DNA of 64,000 bases from Verrucomicrobiota bacterium (GCA_039027815.1 JBCCJK010000002.1:25610-89609), one strand, 5' to 3'; counted from the stretch's first letter, positions 8,938 through 20,233 are shown. Program-made: numbers and translations. The notes: generated by a model not told the origin, from the letters alone.

Positions 8938-9369
8938 CTAGTTGCAACCGCAGCCGCCTCCTCCGCCTCCCCCACAGCAGCCGCCCTCCGGTTCGGCCAG
9001 CTCTTCTTCGGTGGGAAGACGACCCATCTCGAGTGTCATGCCGACTTGGCGCGAGATCTTTTTTTGGAGTTGGTGCAGGGCTTCCTGGGATTCGAGAAAG
9101 GCGGATGCGATTTCGTTATTCAGGAGGGTGTCGCGCGCGGCTTCGAATTGAGCCACTTCCTGATCGGTTAGCTGCACGCCCGATTGCTGCCGATGTCGCA
9201 GGTCTTCGCCCAATTCCTTGACGCTCTCGTACATCAGGCGAGCAGCTTGGTCGTTTTCAAAGCGTTCGATGTTCTCACGGAGCGCTTTCAGTTCGGGGTC
9301 CGCGAGAAGCGCTTCACAAAGTTCGGTGGCTTTCGCGAAGACGAGTGGTTCTTCAGTTAGGGTAGGCAT
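8938..9369 (-). CDS. YlbF/YmcA-family protein with a C-terminal Cys/Gly tail
   Basis: Helical YlbF-like core (ELCEALLADPELKALRENIERFENDQAARLMYE...) ending in PEGGCCGGGGGGGCGCN. Confidence 0.7.
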   Translation of the reverse strand: MPTLTEEPLVFAKATELCEALLADPELKALRENIERFENDQAARLMYESVKELGEDLRHRQQSGVQLTDQEVAQFEAARDTLLNNEIASAFLESQEALHQLQKKISRQVGMTLEMGRLPTEEELAEPEGGCCGGGGGGGCGCN

Positions 9370-9436
9370 GGTATAACATTAGGTGGAAAGTGGCTACGGG
9401 TCAATGAGGGGCCCGGATTCCTGGAGCGGGCGACTA

Positions 9437-9642
9437 ATACCAACCTCCAGAATTCACAGGTAGAATGGAGGGAAGGAGGTATGGGGAAGAGGCGCTGAAG
9501 CGCGGGGAAGGAAGAGCCGGTGTTTTTCGAGCCAGCGCTGCGTTGCTCCTCGGTTACGGTGCCTGCACCGCGCCCTCGTCGCGCCTTGGTCTGGCCCGAA
9601 ATCCACTCGGCCATTCTACCAGCCAATTCTGCAGCTTGGTAT
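9437..9642 (+). repeat. 206-bp MITE-like repeat, copy 1
   Basis: Starts ataccaacctccagaattcacaggtagaatgg and ends ccattctaccagccaattctgcagcttggtat (imperfect TIRs). Differs from the other copies only by scattered substitutions. Confidence 0.85.
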
Positions 9643-9796
9643 AAAGGCACTGGCAGCCGGACGGACGAGCCCCGTTCCCCTGCCCGGGGCGCAGTCAGCC
9701 AGGGGTCGCAGGCCGCAAGAAAAAGCCCTGTCTCACGGCGGCTAGGACCGCGCAAGACAGAGCTAGAAAGTCTTTCCTTAGAGAGAGGCGAGCGAT

Positions 9797-10261
9797 TCAG
9801 AAATCCGGCTCGTCTCCGTAGCCGAAGTCGCGCTTGCGATCGCGCCGCGGGCCGCCCTTTTTGTGGCCGCCTCCGCCTTTTTTGCCGTAGCCACCGCCAC
9901 CACCACTGGGTCCATCATCGCCCCAATCCCGGCCCCCGCCGCCATGGTCTCGGCGACCGCCCCCACCGCCACCTTTTTTGTAGCCACCGCCCCCACCCCC
10001 TTGAAAGCGAGGTTTCGGTTCACGCGGGCGGGCTTCATTCACTCGCAGAGGGCGTCCGCTGAAATCAGCCCCATCCATTTCTTCAATGGCCCGTTGGGCG
10101 CCTTCAGCTTCTTCCATGGAGACAAAGGCGAAGCCTTTGGATCGTCCGGTGTCGTGATCGACGATGATTTTCACTCGTGCCACGCTCCCAAACTCCGCAA
10201 AAGCGGCTTCGACGTCGGCCTCGCTGGCGTCATAGGGCAGGTTGCCCACATAGATGTCCAT
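9797..10261 (-). CDS. RRM-type RNA-binding protein with a Gly-rich tail
   Basis: RNP2 IYVGNL and RNP1 KGFAFVSM, followed by a GGGGGY/RGG-rich C-terminus. Confidence 0.9.
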   Translation of the reverse strand: MDIYVGNLPYDASEADVEAAFAEFGSVARVKIIVDHDTGRSKGFAFVSMEEAEGAQRAIEEMDGADFSGRPLRVNEARPREPKPRFQGGGGGGYKKGGGGGGRRDHGGGGRDWGDDGPSGGGGGYGKKGGGGHKKGGPRRDRKRDFGYGDEPDF

Positions 10262-10484
10262 TTCTTGATTCGGTATTCTCTAGGTGCGTCGCTGGGGTCA
10301 TCGGAAGGAAGAAGCGAATCAACGAGGCGGAACTTCACTTTTTCCCAAACCAGTCACGGGAGAGTGACTCGTTTCCATCTTTCGCTGAATGGATCGGATC
10401 GACGAGCCACCCTTCGGTAAGATTCGCCCGAGTATGCGGGGTTCCGCCAGGGAAGTCAATGCTCATCGTCGCTCGAGGCCGGTC

Positions 10485-10913
10485 TCATGAAGTCCCCAGC
10501 ACGCTGACCACCAGTTGCCGGGTATGAGGGACCGCCCGGTGCTCGAAGAGAAAGAGGCCCTGCCAAGTGCCGAGCGCCAAGCGGCCGTCCAGAAGCGGGA
10601 TGTTTTTGTCGACGTCGGTGAGACACATGCGGATGTGGGAGGGCATGTCGTCGGGTCCCTCCAGAGTGTGCTGAAAGTAGCTTTCGTTTTCCGGGACCAG
10701 GCGATCAAAGTAGGCGTGGAGATCGGCCCTCGCGGTGGGGTCGGCATTCTCCATGATGACGAGGCTGCAACTGGTGTGGCGCACGAAGACGGTCACGACC
10801 CCCGACCGCGCGCCGCTTTCTTGCGCGATGGCGGCCACGTGCTCGGTGATTTCGTAGGTGCCCTTGCCGCGAGTCGAGACACGGAAGCCGCCGCTGTGCG
10901 CGATCTGGCTCAC
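10485..10913 (-). CDS. YjbQ/UPF0047-family protein (secondary thiamine-phosphate synthase-like)
   Basis: VTVFVRHTSCSLVIMEN...GPDDMPSHI...LALGTWQGLFLFEHR is characteristic of the YjbQ family. Confidence 0.85.
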   Translation of the reverse strand: MSQIAHSGGFRVSTRGKGTYEITEHVAAIAQESGARSGVVTVFVRHTSCSLVIMENADPTARADLHAYFDRLVPENESYFQHTLEGPDDMPSHIRMCLTDVDKNIPLLDGRLALGTWQGLFLFEHRAVPHTRQLVVSVLGTS

Positions 10914-12463
10914 GAGGACTTCCGGGTGAGAAGCGACTTGCCGGTCATCCGATCTGGTTTTTCCAGACCGAGCAAGAAGAGAAGAGTCGGGGCGATGTCT
11001 GCCAGGATGCCCTCACGAAGCTCATATTCGGCATGATCGGCTCCCACGTAGAGCAGATGCACGAGGTTGGTGGTGTGAGCAGTGTGGGGCGAGCCGTCGC
11101 TTTTTTGATTCATCTGTTCGCAGTTCCCATGGTCGGCGCTGATGACCAGGCGTCCGCCGAGGGCCAGGGTTTTCTCGACCACTTGCTGCACCCCCCAATC
11201 GATTTTTTCGACCGCTTGGACGGCCGCCGAGATGTCGCCGGTGTGACCCACCATGTCGGGGTTGGCGAAGTTGAGGATGACGAGGTCGTAGTCGGCCAGC
11301 TGGCGGGTGATGGTTTCGGTGACTTGGTCAGCCGACATTTCCGGCTGGAGATCGTAAGTCGCCACTTTCGGGGAGGGGATGATCTCCCGCTCTTCCCCGG
11401 GAAAGGCCACTTCCTTCCCTCCGTTGAAGAAATAGGTCACGTGGGGATATTTCTCGGTTTCGGCAATGCGAAGTTGCTTCAGTCCGGCCCGACCGACCAC
11501 TTCGCCCAAGACGTCTTTCAGCTCGACCGGGGGGAAGACCACCGGCACGCCGTAGGTTTCGTCATATTCGGTCAAGGTGAGGTAGTGGGTTTTCGGTCGG
11601 CCCCCGCGCTCAAAGCCCACGAAGTCCTCCTGGAGAAAGGCCTGGGAGAGTTGGCGGGCGCGGTCCGCGCGGAAATTAAAAAACAAGATGACATCGCCGT
11701 CGCGCACCCGCTCTTCCTCGACGTGGCCGAAGACCATGGCAGGCAGGAACTCGTCCGTTTTGTTGAGTTGGCTGTAGCATTGCTCGACGGCTTCGGAAGC
11801 CAGCATTTCCCGCGGCTCGCCCTGGCCATGAACGATGGCGTCCCAAGCCACTTGGGTCCGGTCCCAACGATTGTCCCGGTCCATCGCGAAGTAGCGACCC
11901 ACCACCGTGGAGATGCGAGCTTTGGCTTCCGCCAGGGCGAGTTCGCAGTCGTGCAAGTAGTCCTTGCCCCGGGTGGGGGAGGTATCGCGGCCGTCGGTGA
12001 TGGCGTGGACCATGATGTCCTTCACCCCCGCTTGGTGGGCCGCCTGCGCGAGGGCCACCAGGTGGTTTTGATGGCTGTGAACGCCGCCATCGGAGACGAG
12101 CCCGATGAGATGCAGTCGAGTGGACTTGGCTTGGGTGAAAGCCTCGGTCAGCGCCGCGTTCGAGCCGAGTTCTTGCTCGTCGATGGCTTTGTTGATGCGG
12201 GTGAAATCTTGATACACGATCCGACCGGCCCCTAGATTGAGATGGCCGACCTCGGAATTGCCCATTTGCCCCTCGGGCAGGCCCACGTCCAGCCCACTCG
12301 CGCTCAGGCAATGGAGGGGGTAGGTTTGGTAGAGGTGATCGTGGAAAGGGGTTTGGGCGAGGAGGGTGGCATCGCCATTTTCCTCGGCCTTCTCGAGGCC
12401 ATCGGGGTTGATGCCCCAGCCATCACGGATGATGAAGACCACGGGTTGTTTCGGTGCAGACAT
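10910..12463 (-). CDS. gpmI: 2,3-bisphosphoglycerate-independent phosphoglycerate mutase
   Basis: VVFIIRDGWG, GNSEVGHLNLGAGR, LVSDGGVHSH, ADHGN motifs. ATG at 12463 (MSAPKQPVV) chosen inside the longer ORF. Confidence 0.95.
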   Translation of the reverse strand: MSAPKQPVVFIIRDGWGINPDGLEKAEENGDATLLAQTPFHDHLYQTYPLHCLSASGLDVGLPEGQMGNSEVGHLNLGAGRIVYQDFTRINKAIDEQELGSNAALTEAFTQAKSTRLHLIGLVSDGGVHSHQNHLVALAQAAHQAGVKDIMVHAITDGRDTSPTRGKDYLHDCELALAEAKARISTVVGRYFAMDRDNRWDRTQVAWDAIVHGQGEPREMLASEAVEQCYSQLNKTDEFLPAMVFGHVEEERVRDGDVILFFNFRADRARQLSQAFLQEDFVGFERGGRPKTHYLTLTEYDETYGVPVVFPPVELKDVLGEVVGRAGLKQLRIAETEKYPHVTYFFNGGKEVAFPGEEREIIPSPKVATYDLQPEMSADQVTETITRQLADYDLVILNFANPDMVGHTGDISAAVQAVEKIDWGVQQVVEKTLALGGRLVISADHGNCEQMNQKSDGSPHTAHTTNLVHLLYVGADHAEYELREGILADIAPTLLFLLGLEKPDRMTGKSLLTRKSS

Positions 12464-12619
12464 AGAGAAGAAGCGTGGGGATGGGTGGTGGGAGAGTTGC
12501 GGGCGCAAGGGTGGCGCGCGCCGGGAGTGGGGTCAATGAGCTTCCCGTGAATTTGCAGTCGCTTCGCTCCGTCCGAGAAAAAAACCGACACGGGATTCGC
12601 TTTTTCCCGCGTTCTTAGG

Positions 12620-14737
12620 ATGATGGAAGCCCCGATCCCCATGTCCCTCCTGCTCCGCTTTCTTTTCCTTTGCCCCCTGGCTGTCATTCAGGCTGGTCTG
12701 CCGACCCTGAGCGAATTCGAGGAACAGGCGGAAGAGTTTGGCGTTCGTCTCTCCCTCCCGGAGTTTCCCGCGGACGAGGAGGGAGTGGCTGCGCGGATCG
12801 ATGAGGTCATCGCGGGCTACACCGCGGTCGGCGATGAGATCGCGGCGCTCGCCGATGGGGAGCGAACCTTTGAAAACACAGTGGGTGCCCTCGATGGCTT
12901 GGAAGCGCTTTCCTGGAATCGGCTTTCTGCGGTCAACATTCTGGAAAACGCCAGCCCGGAGGCCGCCCTGCGCGAGGTGGCCCAGCGGGAGTTGCTCCGC
13001 TTCGAAGAGTTCGCCGTTTCCTTCGGCTACCGAGAAGACATCTATCGATCCGTGCGAGCCTACGCGGAGACCGAGCCCGTCCTCGAACTAGATCAAAAGA
13101 GACTGCTGAACGAAGTGCTGGTGGGCTACCGGCAGCAGGGTTTTGAATTGAGGCCGGAGAAGCGGGCCCAAGTCGAGGCGCTCAAAAAAGAGCTGAGCCG
13201 TGCCACCAACGATTTCAGTCGCAATATCCGCGAGAGCAGCGCCACCGTCATCTTGACCGCCGAAGAGCTGCGGGGCGTCCCGGAGAATCTCCTGGCCAAG
13301 CTGAAGACAGGCCAGGACGAATACACGGTCCAGGCGCAAATCGCCTGGCAGCTCTTGGGCGTTTTGCAGAATGCCCGCTCGGAGGAGGTGCGTCGAGAAG
13401 TCTATGTGGCCAGGTCGACCCACGCCATGGAGCTGAACGTGCCCGTGCTCACGGAAATGGTCCTTTTGCGAACACGCATCGCCAATCTTTTGGGCTACCC
13501 GACTTGGGCCGACTACAAAACGGAGTCCCGCATGGCCGGGAGCGAACAAGTGGTGCGGGAATTTCTCTCGGAGCTGAACGAAGGGCTGGCTCCCAAATTT
13601 GAGGAGGAGTTGGCTGTCCTTCGCCAACTAAAAGTCCGCGAGACCGGGCAGGCGGACGCGCAGGTCGAGATGTGGGACGTGCCCTACTTCCGCAATGTCT
13701 TGCAAAACCAGCAGTTCCAGATCGATCAAGAGGCCTTGCGGGCCTACTTCCCCTATGAGCCGACTCTCGAGGGAATGTTTGCGGTCTATGAGGAGATTTT
13801 CGGCCTCGAGATCCGGCAAATGGAGAACCCCAACCCTTGGCACCCCGAGGTCACCCTCTACGGGGTGATCGATAGCGAGACCGGCAAGCCCATGGGCTTG
13901 TTTTACCTCGACATGTTCCCCCGGGAGGGGAAATACAATCATTTCGCTCAATTTGGCATCATTGGCGGAAAGTTGGGTGCGGATGGAATCTACCAGCGGC
14001 CGACTGTGGCCCTCATCTGCAATTTCCCGCCACCCTCCTCAGACGAACCCTCCCTTTTGAGCTTCGACAATGTGGAAACGCTCTTCCACGAATTTGGGCA
14101 CGTCATGCACTCGGTGCTGACCGAAGCCCGCTATGCCAGCCATGCCTGCACGAGTGTCCCGCGAGATTTTGTGGAGATGCCTTCGCAGGTCTTGGAATAC
14201 TGGGTGACTGACAAAGCCACGCTCGACACCTTTGCCGCCGATTACCGGGACTCCTCCCAGAAGATCCCGGAGGAAGTCTTGGAGAATTTGCAGGCCGCGG
14301 AGTTGGCGACCGTGGGCATCCACTATCGTCGACAGATCAACTACGCGCTCGTCGATCTCCTTTTGCACACCTACGCCGCCCCCGAGCAAGTGACCGATGT
14401 GGCCCTGGTGGGAAACAGAGTGGCCGAGAATGTCTACCTCCCACCGCCTGAGGGAACGGCCTACGTGGCGGGCTTTGGCCACCTGACGCATTATGACGCG
14501 GGCTACTATGGCTATGCCTGGGCCGATGTCATCAGCGCTGATTTGGCCGATTACTTTGAGTCCTCCGAAAAGGGCTTTCTCAATCCAGAGCTGGGGCGGA
14601 GGCTGCGACATGAAATTCTCGCCAAAGGAGACTCTCGATCGCCCAGGGACTCCATCCGGGCCTTTCTCGGGAGGGACTACTCCATCACGCCCTTTCTGAA
14701 GAAAATCGGAGTGGAAGCCCCCACCGAAGCCCCCTAA
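12620..14737 (+). CDS. Secreted M3-family zinc metallopeptidase (oligopeptidase or peptidyl-dipeptidase type)
   Basis: HEFGHVMH zinc motif, downstream E in EMPSQ, signal-peptide-like N-terminus, length about 700 aa. Confidence 0.9.
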   Translation: MMEAPIPMSLLLRFLFLCPLAVIQAGLPTLSEFEEQAEEFGVRLSLPEFPADEEGVAARIDEVIAGYTAVGDEIAALADGERTFENTVGALDGLEALSWNRLSAVNILENASPEAALREVAQRELLRFEEFAVSFGYREDIYRSVRAYAETEPVLELDQKRLLNEVLVGYRQQGFELRPEKRAQVEALKKELSRATNDFSRNIRESSATVILTAEELRGVPENLLAKLKTGQDEYTVQAQIAWQLLGVLQNARSEEVRREVYVARSTHAMELNVPVLTEMVLLRTRIANLLGYPTWADYKTESRMAGSEQVVREFLSELNEGLAPKFEEELAVLRQLKVRETGQADAQVEMWDVPYFRNVLQNQQFQIDQEALRAYFPYEPTLEGMFAVYEEIFGLEIRQMENPNPWHPEVTLYGVIDSETGKPMGLFYLDMFPREGKYNHFAQFGIIGGKLGADGIYQRPTVALICNFPPPSSDEPSLLSFDNVETLFHEFGHVMHSVLTEARYASHACTSVPRDFVEMPSQVLEYWVTDKATLDTFAADYRDSSQKIPEEVLENLQAAELATVGIHYRRQINYALVDLLLHTYAAPEQVTDVALVGNRVAENVYLPPPEGTAYVAGFGHLTHYDAGYYGYAWADVISADLADYFESSEKGFLNPELGRRLRHEILAKGDSRSPRDSIRAFLGRDYSITPFLKKIGVEAPTEAP

Positions 14738-14748
14738 GCCTTTCTCCT

Positions 14749-16371
14749 ATGTGCCGCCCAGCCGCTCTCGCCCTCTCCTTTGTCGTGCTCGGCTTGGGGA
14801 GCGCTGGCTGTGTCGATCCAGATGCCAATGCGGACGCCGCGGCGGACGCCGGCATCCTCATCATGGGCAATGGGGAGGAGCCCAAAGGCCTCGACCCGCA
14901 CCTGGTCTCCGGGGTTCTCGAAAGCAATATCATCCGGGCCTTGTTCGAAGGCCTCTGCGTGGAGCATCCTTCGGAAAACGGGGTTTCCCTGCCCGGGGCG
15001 GCGCAAAGCTGGGAAGCCAATGAGGACTTCACCGAATGGACCTTCCACTTGCAGCCGGACGGGAAGTGGTCGGATGGAAAGGCGGTCACGACCGATGACT
15101 TCCTCTTCGCTTATGAAAGGATCTTGAGCGAGGAGCTGGCGGCCAAATACTCCGGCATGCTCTTCTTTCTGGAAAACGGCGAAGCCTTCCACAAAGGGGA
15201 AATCACGGATTTTTCCGAGGTCGGGGTGAGCGCTTCGGGGCCGCATACCCTCCATTTCAAGTTGCGGGGTCCCACGCCCTTTCTGCCGGAACTGACCAAA
15301 CACTACACCTGGTATCCGGTGCCTCGGCACGCGGTGCTGGCGCACGGGTCCATGACGGATCGTTTCACGCAGTGGACCGATCCCGAGAACTTGGTTTCGA
15401 ACGGTCCTTTCAAGCTGAAGGAATGGGTTTTCAATCGCTACATCGTAGCCGAGAAGAGCCCGACCTATTGGGACGCCGACGTAGTCAAGCTGAACGAGAT
15501 TCGCTACCTCCCCATCAAAAACGTCTACACCGAGGCCCGGATGTTTTTCGATAACCAACTGCACGTCAGCTACACCTTGGCCTCGGAGTTGATTGCCCAT
15601 GCCAAAGAGAACTATGCCGAAAACTTGCGACAAGAAACCTACCTCGGGACCTACTTCATCCGCTGCAATGTGGACCATGGTCCGCTCCGGGACGTGCGGG
15701 TTCGCCAGGCCCTTGGGATGGCGATCGATCGCCCAGCTCTCATCGAGAATGTGCTCAAAGGCGGCCAAAAGCCGGCTTTGGGGATGGTGCCGCCTTTTGG
15801 GGATTACCAATCGCCTGAAACCGTTGTCGGCCAATATGATCCTGAGCTGGCCAAGCAACTGATGGCCGAAGCGGGCTATCCCGGTGGCAAAGGCTTTCCT
15901 GACATCAGTCTCCTCATCACGGATAGCGAGACTTCCAAGGTGCTCTCGGAGGCCCTGCAAGCCATGTGGGAACAGACGCTTGGAATTCGCATCACCATCC
16001 GGCAGATGGAATGGGCCACCTACCTCAATGCCATGCAGAGACTGGATTATGACCTGGGCGTGGGCGGTTGGATCGGAGACTACCTCGACCCGACAACCTT
16101 CTTGGAAATGTGGATCAAGGACGGGGGCAACAACAACACCAGCTGGAGCAGCGTGGAGTATGAAACCTTGTTGCGGGAGGCCGAGCAGATGGCGGATCCG
16201 GCGGAACGCTTTGCCACCTTGCAAAGGGCGGAAACCCTCTTTCTCAATGACTGGCCCACCCTTCCCATCTTTTGGTATACCAGGAATTACCTGCTGCATC
16301 CCAGGCTAGAGGGGTGGCATCCCCTCTTGTTGGACAATCATCCCTTCAAGTTCCTCCACTTCTCCCCCTGA
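14749..16371 (+). CDS. ABC peptide transporter substrate-binding protein (family 5, OppA/DppA-like)
   Basis: Lipoprotein-like leader ending LGSAGC and SBP_bac_5-like sequence. First gene of the opp-like operon. Confidence 0.85.
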   Translation: MCRPAALALSFVVLGLGSAGCVDPDANADAAADAGILIMGNGEEPKGLDPHLVSGVLESNIIRALFEGLCVEHPSENGVSLPGAAQSWEANEDFTEWTFHLQPDGKWSDGKAVTTDDFLFAYERILSEELAAKYSGMLFFLENGEAFHKGEITDFSEVGVSASGPHTLHFKLRGPTPFLPELTKHYTWYPVPRHAVLAHGSMTDRFTQWTDPENLVSNGPFKLKEWVFNRYIVAEKSPTYWDADVVKLNEIRYLPIKNVYTEARMFFDNQLHVSYTLASELIAHAKENYAENLRQETYLGTYFIRCNVDHGPLRDVRVRQALGMAIDRPALIENVLKGGQKPALGMVPPFGDYQSPETVVGQYDPELAKQLMAEAGYPGGKGFPDISLLITDSETSKVLSEALQAMWEQTLGIRITIRQMEWATYLNAMQRLDYDLGVGGWIGDYLDPTTFLEMWIKDGGNNNTSWSSVEYETLLREAEQMADPAERFATLQRAETLFLNDWPTLPIFWYTRNYLLHPRLEGWHPLLLDNHPFKFLHFSP

Positions 16372-16372
16372 C

Positions 16373-17296
16373 ATGCTGCGGTATCTCGTCTCACGTCTGC
16401 TACAGGGGCTGCTCGTGATTTTTTGCCTGTATACCATCACCTTTTTTCTGGTGCGGGCCGTTCCGGGGGATCCTTTCACGGATGAGAAGGCCATGAGTGA
16501 GCAGAATATCGAGCGACAGAAGGCCTACTGGGGTCTCGATCAGCCGCTCCCGATTCAGTACCTACGCTCCCTTAAAAAAACCTTCCTGGAATTCGATTTC
16601 GGCCCTTCCATGAAAAAGGAGGGGCGACTTGTCATCGACATCATTGGCCAATCCTTTCCCGTCTCGTTTGTGCTCGGTTTCGGGTCGCTCGGTTTTGCTT
16701 TGCTGCTGGGAATTCCTTCCGGGATCCTTTCGGCGCTCAAGCGAAACTCGCCCGCCGATTATGCTTCCATGGGGGTGGCCCTGATCGGGATTTGCGTGCC
16801 GTCTTTCGTGATTGGCCCGGTGCTGGTGATCTTGGTGGCGGCCCAGGTCGCTTGGTTGAACGTGGCCGGTTGGGATTCGCCGACCGATTGGATCCTACCG
16901 TCCTTCACGCTCGGGTTTTCGACCGCGGCCTACATCGCGCGGCTGACGCGCGGGGGCATGTTGGACGTGCTCAATCAGGACTACATCCGAACGGCTTATG
17001 CCAAGGGCGTGCCGCCTTTGCGCGTCATCTTGCTCCATGCGCTGCGCGGTGGGGTCACTCCGGCCGTGGCCTTCATCGGCCCCGCCTTCGCGGCCCTCAT
17101 CAGTGGATCGTTCATTGTGGAGACCATCTTTTTCGTGCCCGGCATGGGGCAGCACTTTCTGAATGCCGCGACCGGCCGGGACTACACGCTCATGCAGGGG
17201 CTGGTCATGTTTTACGGCTTCTTGATCGTCTTGGCCAATCTGAGCGCAGACATCCTGCAAGCCGCTCTCAACCCACGCGTTCGTTTGACTGACTGA
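16373..17296 (+). CDS. ABC peptide transporter permease (OppB/DppB-like)
   Basis: MLRYLVSRLLQGLLVIF start typical of the family. EAA-loop region YIRTAYAKGV. Confidence 0.9.
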   Translation: MLRYLVSRLLQGLLVIFCLYTITFFLVRAVPGDPFTDEKAMSEQNIERQKAYWGLDQPLPIQYLRSLKKTFLEFDFGPSMKKEGRLVIDIIGQSFPVSFVLGFGSLGFALLLGIPSGILSALKRNSPADYASMGVALIGICVPSFVIGPVLVILVAAQVAWLNVAGWDSPTDWILPSFTLGFSTAAYIARLTRGGMLDVLNQDYIRTAYAKGVPPLRVILLHALRGGVTPAVAFIGPAFAALISGSFIVETIFFVPGMGQHFLNAATGRDYTLMQGLVMFYGFLIVLANLSADILQAALNPRVRLTD

Positions 17297-18243
17297 TGGC
17301 TTCGCTCGACTCACCCACAGGCGCGAAAGGGGTCTCGCTTACAGCGGATGCCCTGCGTCGATTGCTGGCCAATCGAATGGCGGTCGCGAGCTTGGTCATT
17401 TTGGGGCTCATGTTTTTCCTCTGTTTCGTAGGGGCGTGGTTTTGCCCCGATCCGGACCAGCAAGACCTTGGCAATAAGTTTTCAGGTCCGAGTGGAGCCC
17501 ATTGGCTGGGGACCGATCATCTGGGGCGGGATTTCTTATCCCGCATTCTCTTTGGAGGGCAGATTTCTCTTTTAGTGGGGCTGATCGCCGCCACCATCTC
17601 GCTTTTGATCGGCGTCGTTTATGGCGGCCTCTCCGGGTATCTCGGCGGGAAGGTGGATTCGCTCCTGATGCGGATTGTGGATATCCTTTATGCCCTGCCT
17701 TTCCTTCTCATTGTGATCCTTTTGAAGGTGGTGCTGGATGAGAATGTGGTGGAGGTCGTGAAGTATCTCACCGAAGAATGGAAGTGGGACAAAGAACAAG
17801 TCACTCGATTCGCCAACATTGTGCCGCTCTTCGTGGCGATTGGCATTTTGGGCTGGTTGACCATGGCGCGGATCACGCGGGCCCAGGTCCTGGCGATGCG
17901 AGATCTGGAGTTTGTGGAGGCCGCCCGCTCTTTGGGGCTTTCTCATGCCATCATCCTCTTCCGGCACATTCTGCCCAACATTTTAGGGCCCATCATCATT
18001 TACACCACTTTGACCATCCCCAGCTTCATTCTCTATGAGGCTTCGCTTTCTTATCTCGGCCTCGGGGTGGCCGCGCCCGATAGTTCTTGGGGCATTCTCT
18101 TGGACGACGGGGCCAATTACATGGAGACCAATCTGCAATTGCTCCTGCTGCCGGGAATCGCCTTCAGCATCACGCTCTTCGCCCTGAATTTCCTGGGAGA
18201 TGGACTCCGGGATGCGCTGGACGTCAAATCTTCCAAGGACTGA
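17296..18243 (+). CDS. ABC peptide transporter permease (OppC/DppC-like)
   Basis: HWLGTDHLGRD motif and BPD_transp_1 core. Start abuts the oppB-like stop. Confidence 0.9.
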   Translation: MASLDSPTGAKGVSLTADALRRLLANRMAVASLVILGLMFFLCFVGAWFCPDPDQQDLGNKFSGPSGAHWLGTDHLGRDFLSRILFGGQISLLVGLIAATISLLIGVVYGGLSGYLGGKVDSLLMRIVDILYALPFLLIVILLKVVLDENVVEVVKYLTEEWKWDKEQVTRFANIVPLFVAIGILGWLTMARITRAQVLAMRDLEFVEAARSLGLSHAIILFRHILPNILGPIIIYTTLTIPSFILYEASLSYLGLGVAAPDSSWGILLDDGANYMETNLQLLLLPGIAFSITLFALNFLGDGLRDALDVKSSKD

Positions 18244-18355
18244 AGTGCCAAGCATGACTTTCACCTAATGAATGAGGACTTGCCAGACCAGCGGAGTGGC
18301 CTTTTTCGCGATCCATCCTGAGTGAGCCCTCTCCCTTCACCCCAATGACTTTTCG

Positions 18356-19336
<981 letters not shown>

Positions 19337-19344
19337 CGATAGAG

Positions 19345-20139
19345 ATGCCTTTGTTAGAACTAGATGCGGTTACCAAGACCTTCACCAAGCGGTCCGGCTT
19401 GCTCGGTCGGAGCGTCGAGCAAGTGGAAGCGGTGAAAGAGGTGTCCCTGGCGGTCGAGAGGGGGGAGATCCTGGGCTTGGTGGGGGAATCGGGTTGTGGC
19501 AAGTCCACCTTGTCCCGCTGCGTGATGCAGCTGTTGCCGGTGACCTCGGGAAGGATTGTCTTGGAGGGCCAGGAGTTGACGGCGCTTTCCCAATGGCAGG
19601 TTCGTCCCTTGCGCTTGAATTTTCAGATGGTCTTCCAGGATCCCTATGCCTCACTCAATCCTCGCATGACCATCTTTTCGACTTTGGCCGAGGCCGTGCG
19701 GCAACGTCATCCGAGGGCGCAAGAGAGCGATTTGGAAAAGAGGATCGGGAAGCTCATGGAGACGGTCGGCTTGAGTGCCAAGGCGCTTCGGAAGTATCCG
19801 CATGAGTTTTCTGGCGGACAGCGACAGCGAATTGCGATCGCCCGCGCCTTGGCCCCTGAGCCTCGGCTCATCATCGCGGATGAGCCGGTCTCGGCGCTCG
19901 ATGTCTCGATCCAATCGCAGATTCTCAATCTCTTGAAACGGCTCAATCGAGAGTTCGATCTTACGATGATTTTCATCTCGCACGATCTTTCGGTGGTTCA
20001 CTACCTGGCCGACCGCATCGCGGTCATGCAGCTGGGCCAAATTGTGGAAGAAGGGGATGCGGAGGCGGTCTTCCAAAGTCCCCAGCACGATTACACCCGG
20101 ACCCTGCTTTCGGCCATTCCCCTGCTGAGCCCGAACTGA
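19345..20139 (+). CDS. ABC peptide transporter ATPase (OppF-like)
   Basis: Walker A GESGCGKST, signature FSGGQRQR, Walker B LIIADEPVSALD. ATG at 19345 chosen, 9 nt after the oppD-like stop. Confidence 0.9.
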   Translation: MPLLELDAVTKTFTKRSGLLGRSVEQVEAVKEVSLAVERGEILGLVGESGCGKSTLSRCVMQLLPVTSGRIVLEGQELTALSQWQVRPLRLNFQMVFQDPYASLNPRMTIFSTLAEAVRQRHPRAQESDLEKRIGKLMETVGLSAKALRKYPHEFSGGQRQRIAIARALAPEPRLIIADEPVSALDVSIQSQILNLLKRLNREFDLTMIFISHDLSVVHYLADRIAVMQLGQIVEEGDAEAVFQSPQHDYTRTLLSAIPLLSPN

Positions 20140-20233
20140 GGTCGGGGGAGCCGGAGAAAAGTCGGGGAGTTTTGCGACGTAAGGGTAAGGCCGGTCCGAG
20201 TTGCTGTCTGGCACCACCCACCCCCCCTCAATC

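Noticed and set aside
9590-9630. tRNA-like string in the repeats: the minus strand reads ggtagaatggccgagtggatttcgggccagacc, which is reminiscent of a tRNA-Ser/Leu D-arm (GGCCGAGTGG).
   Set aside because: I could not assemble an acceptor stem, anticodon arm or T-arm (GTTCGAATC-like) around it. The similarity is limited to about 10 nt.
9860-10010. GGN/CCN low-complexity tract that looks like a microsatellite.
   Set aside because: It is the coding sequence of the Gly-rich (GGGGY/RGG) tail of the RRM RNA-binding protein on the minus strand.
10262-10484. The long untranslated gap between yjbQ and the RRM gene contains an AGTCAC...GTGACT hairpin, which could be a terminator or a cold-shock-type 5' leader.
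   Set aside because: The stem is only 6 bp with no clear U-tract, and I cannot match the region to any known leader or riboswitch by eye. Evidence is insufficient to call a feature.
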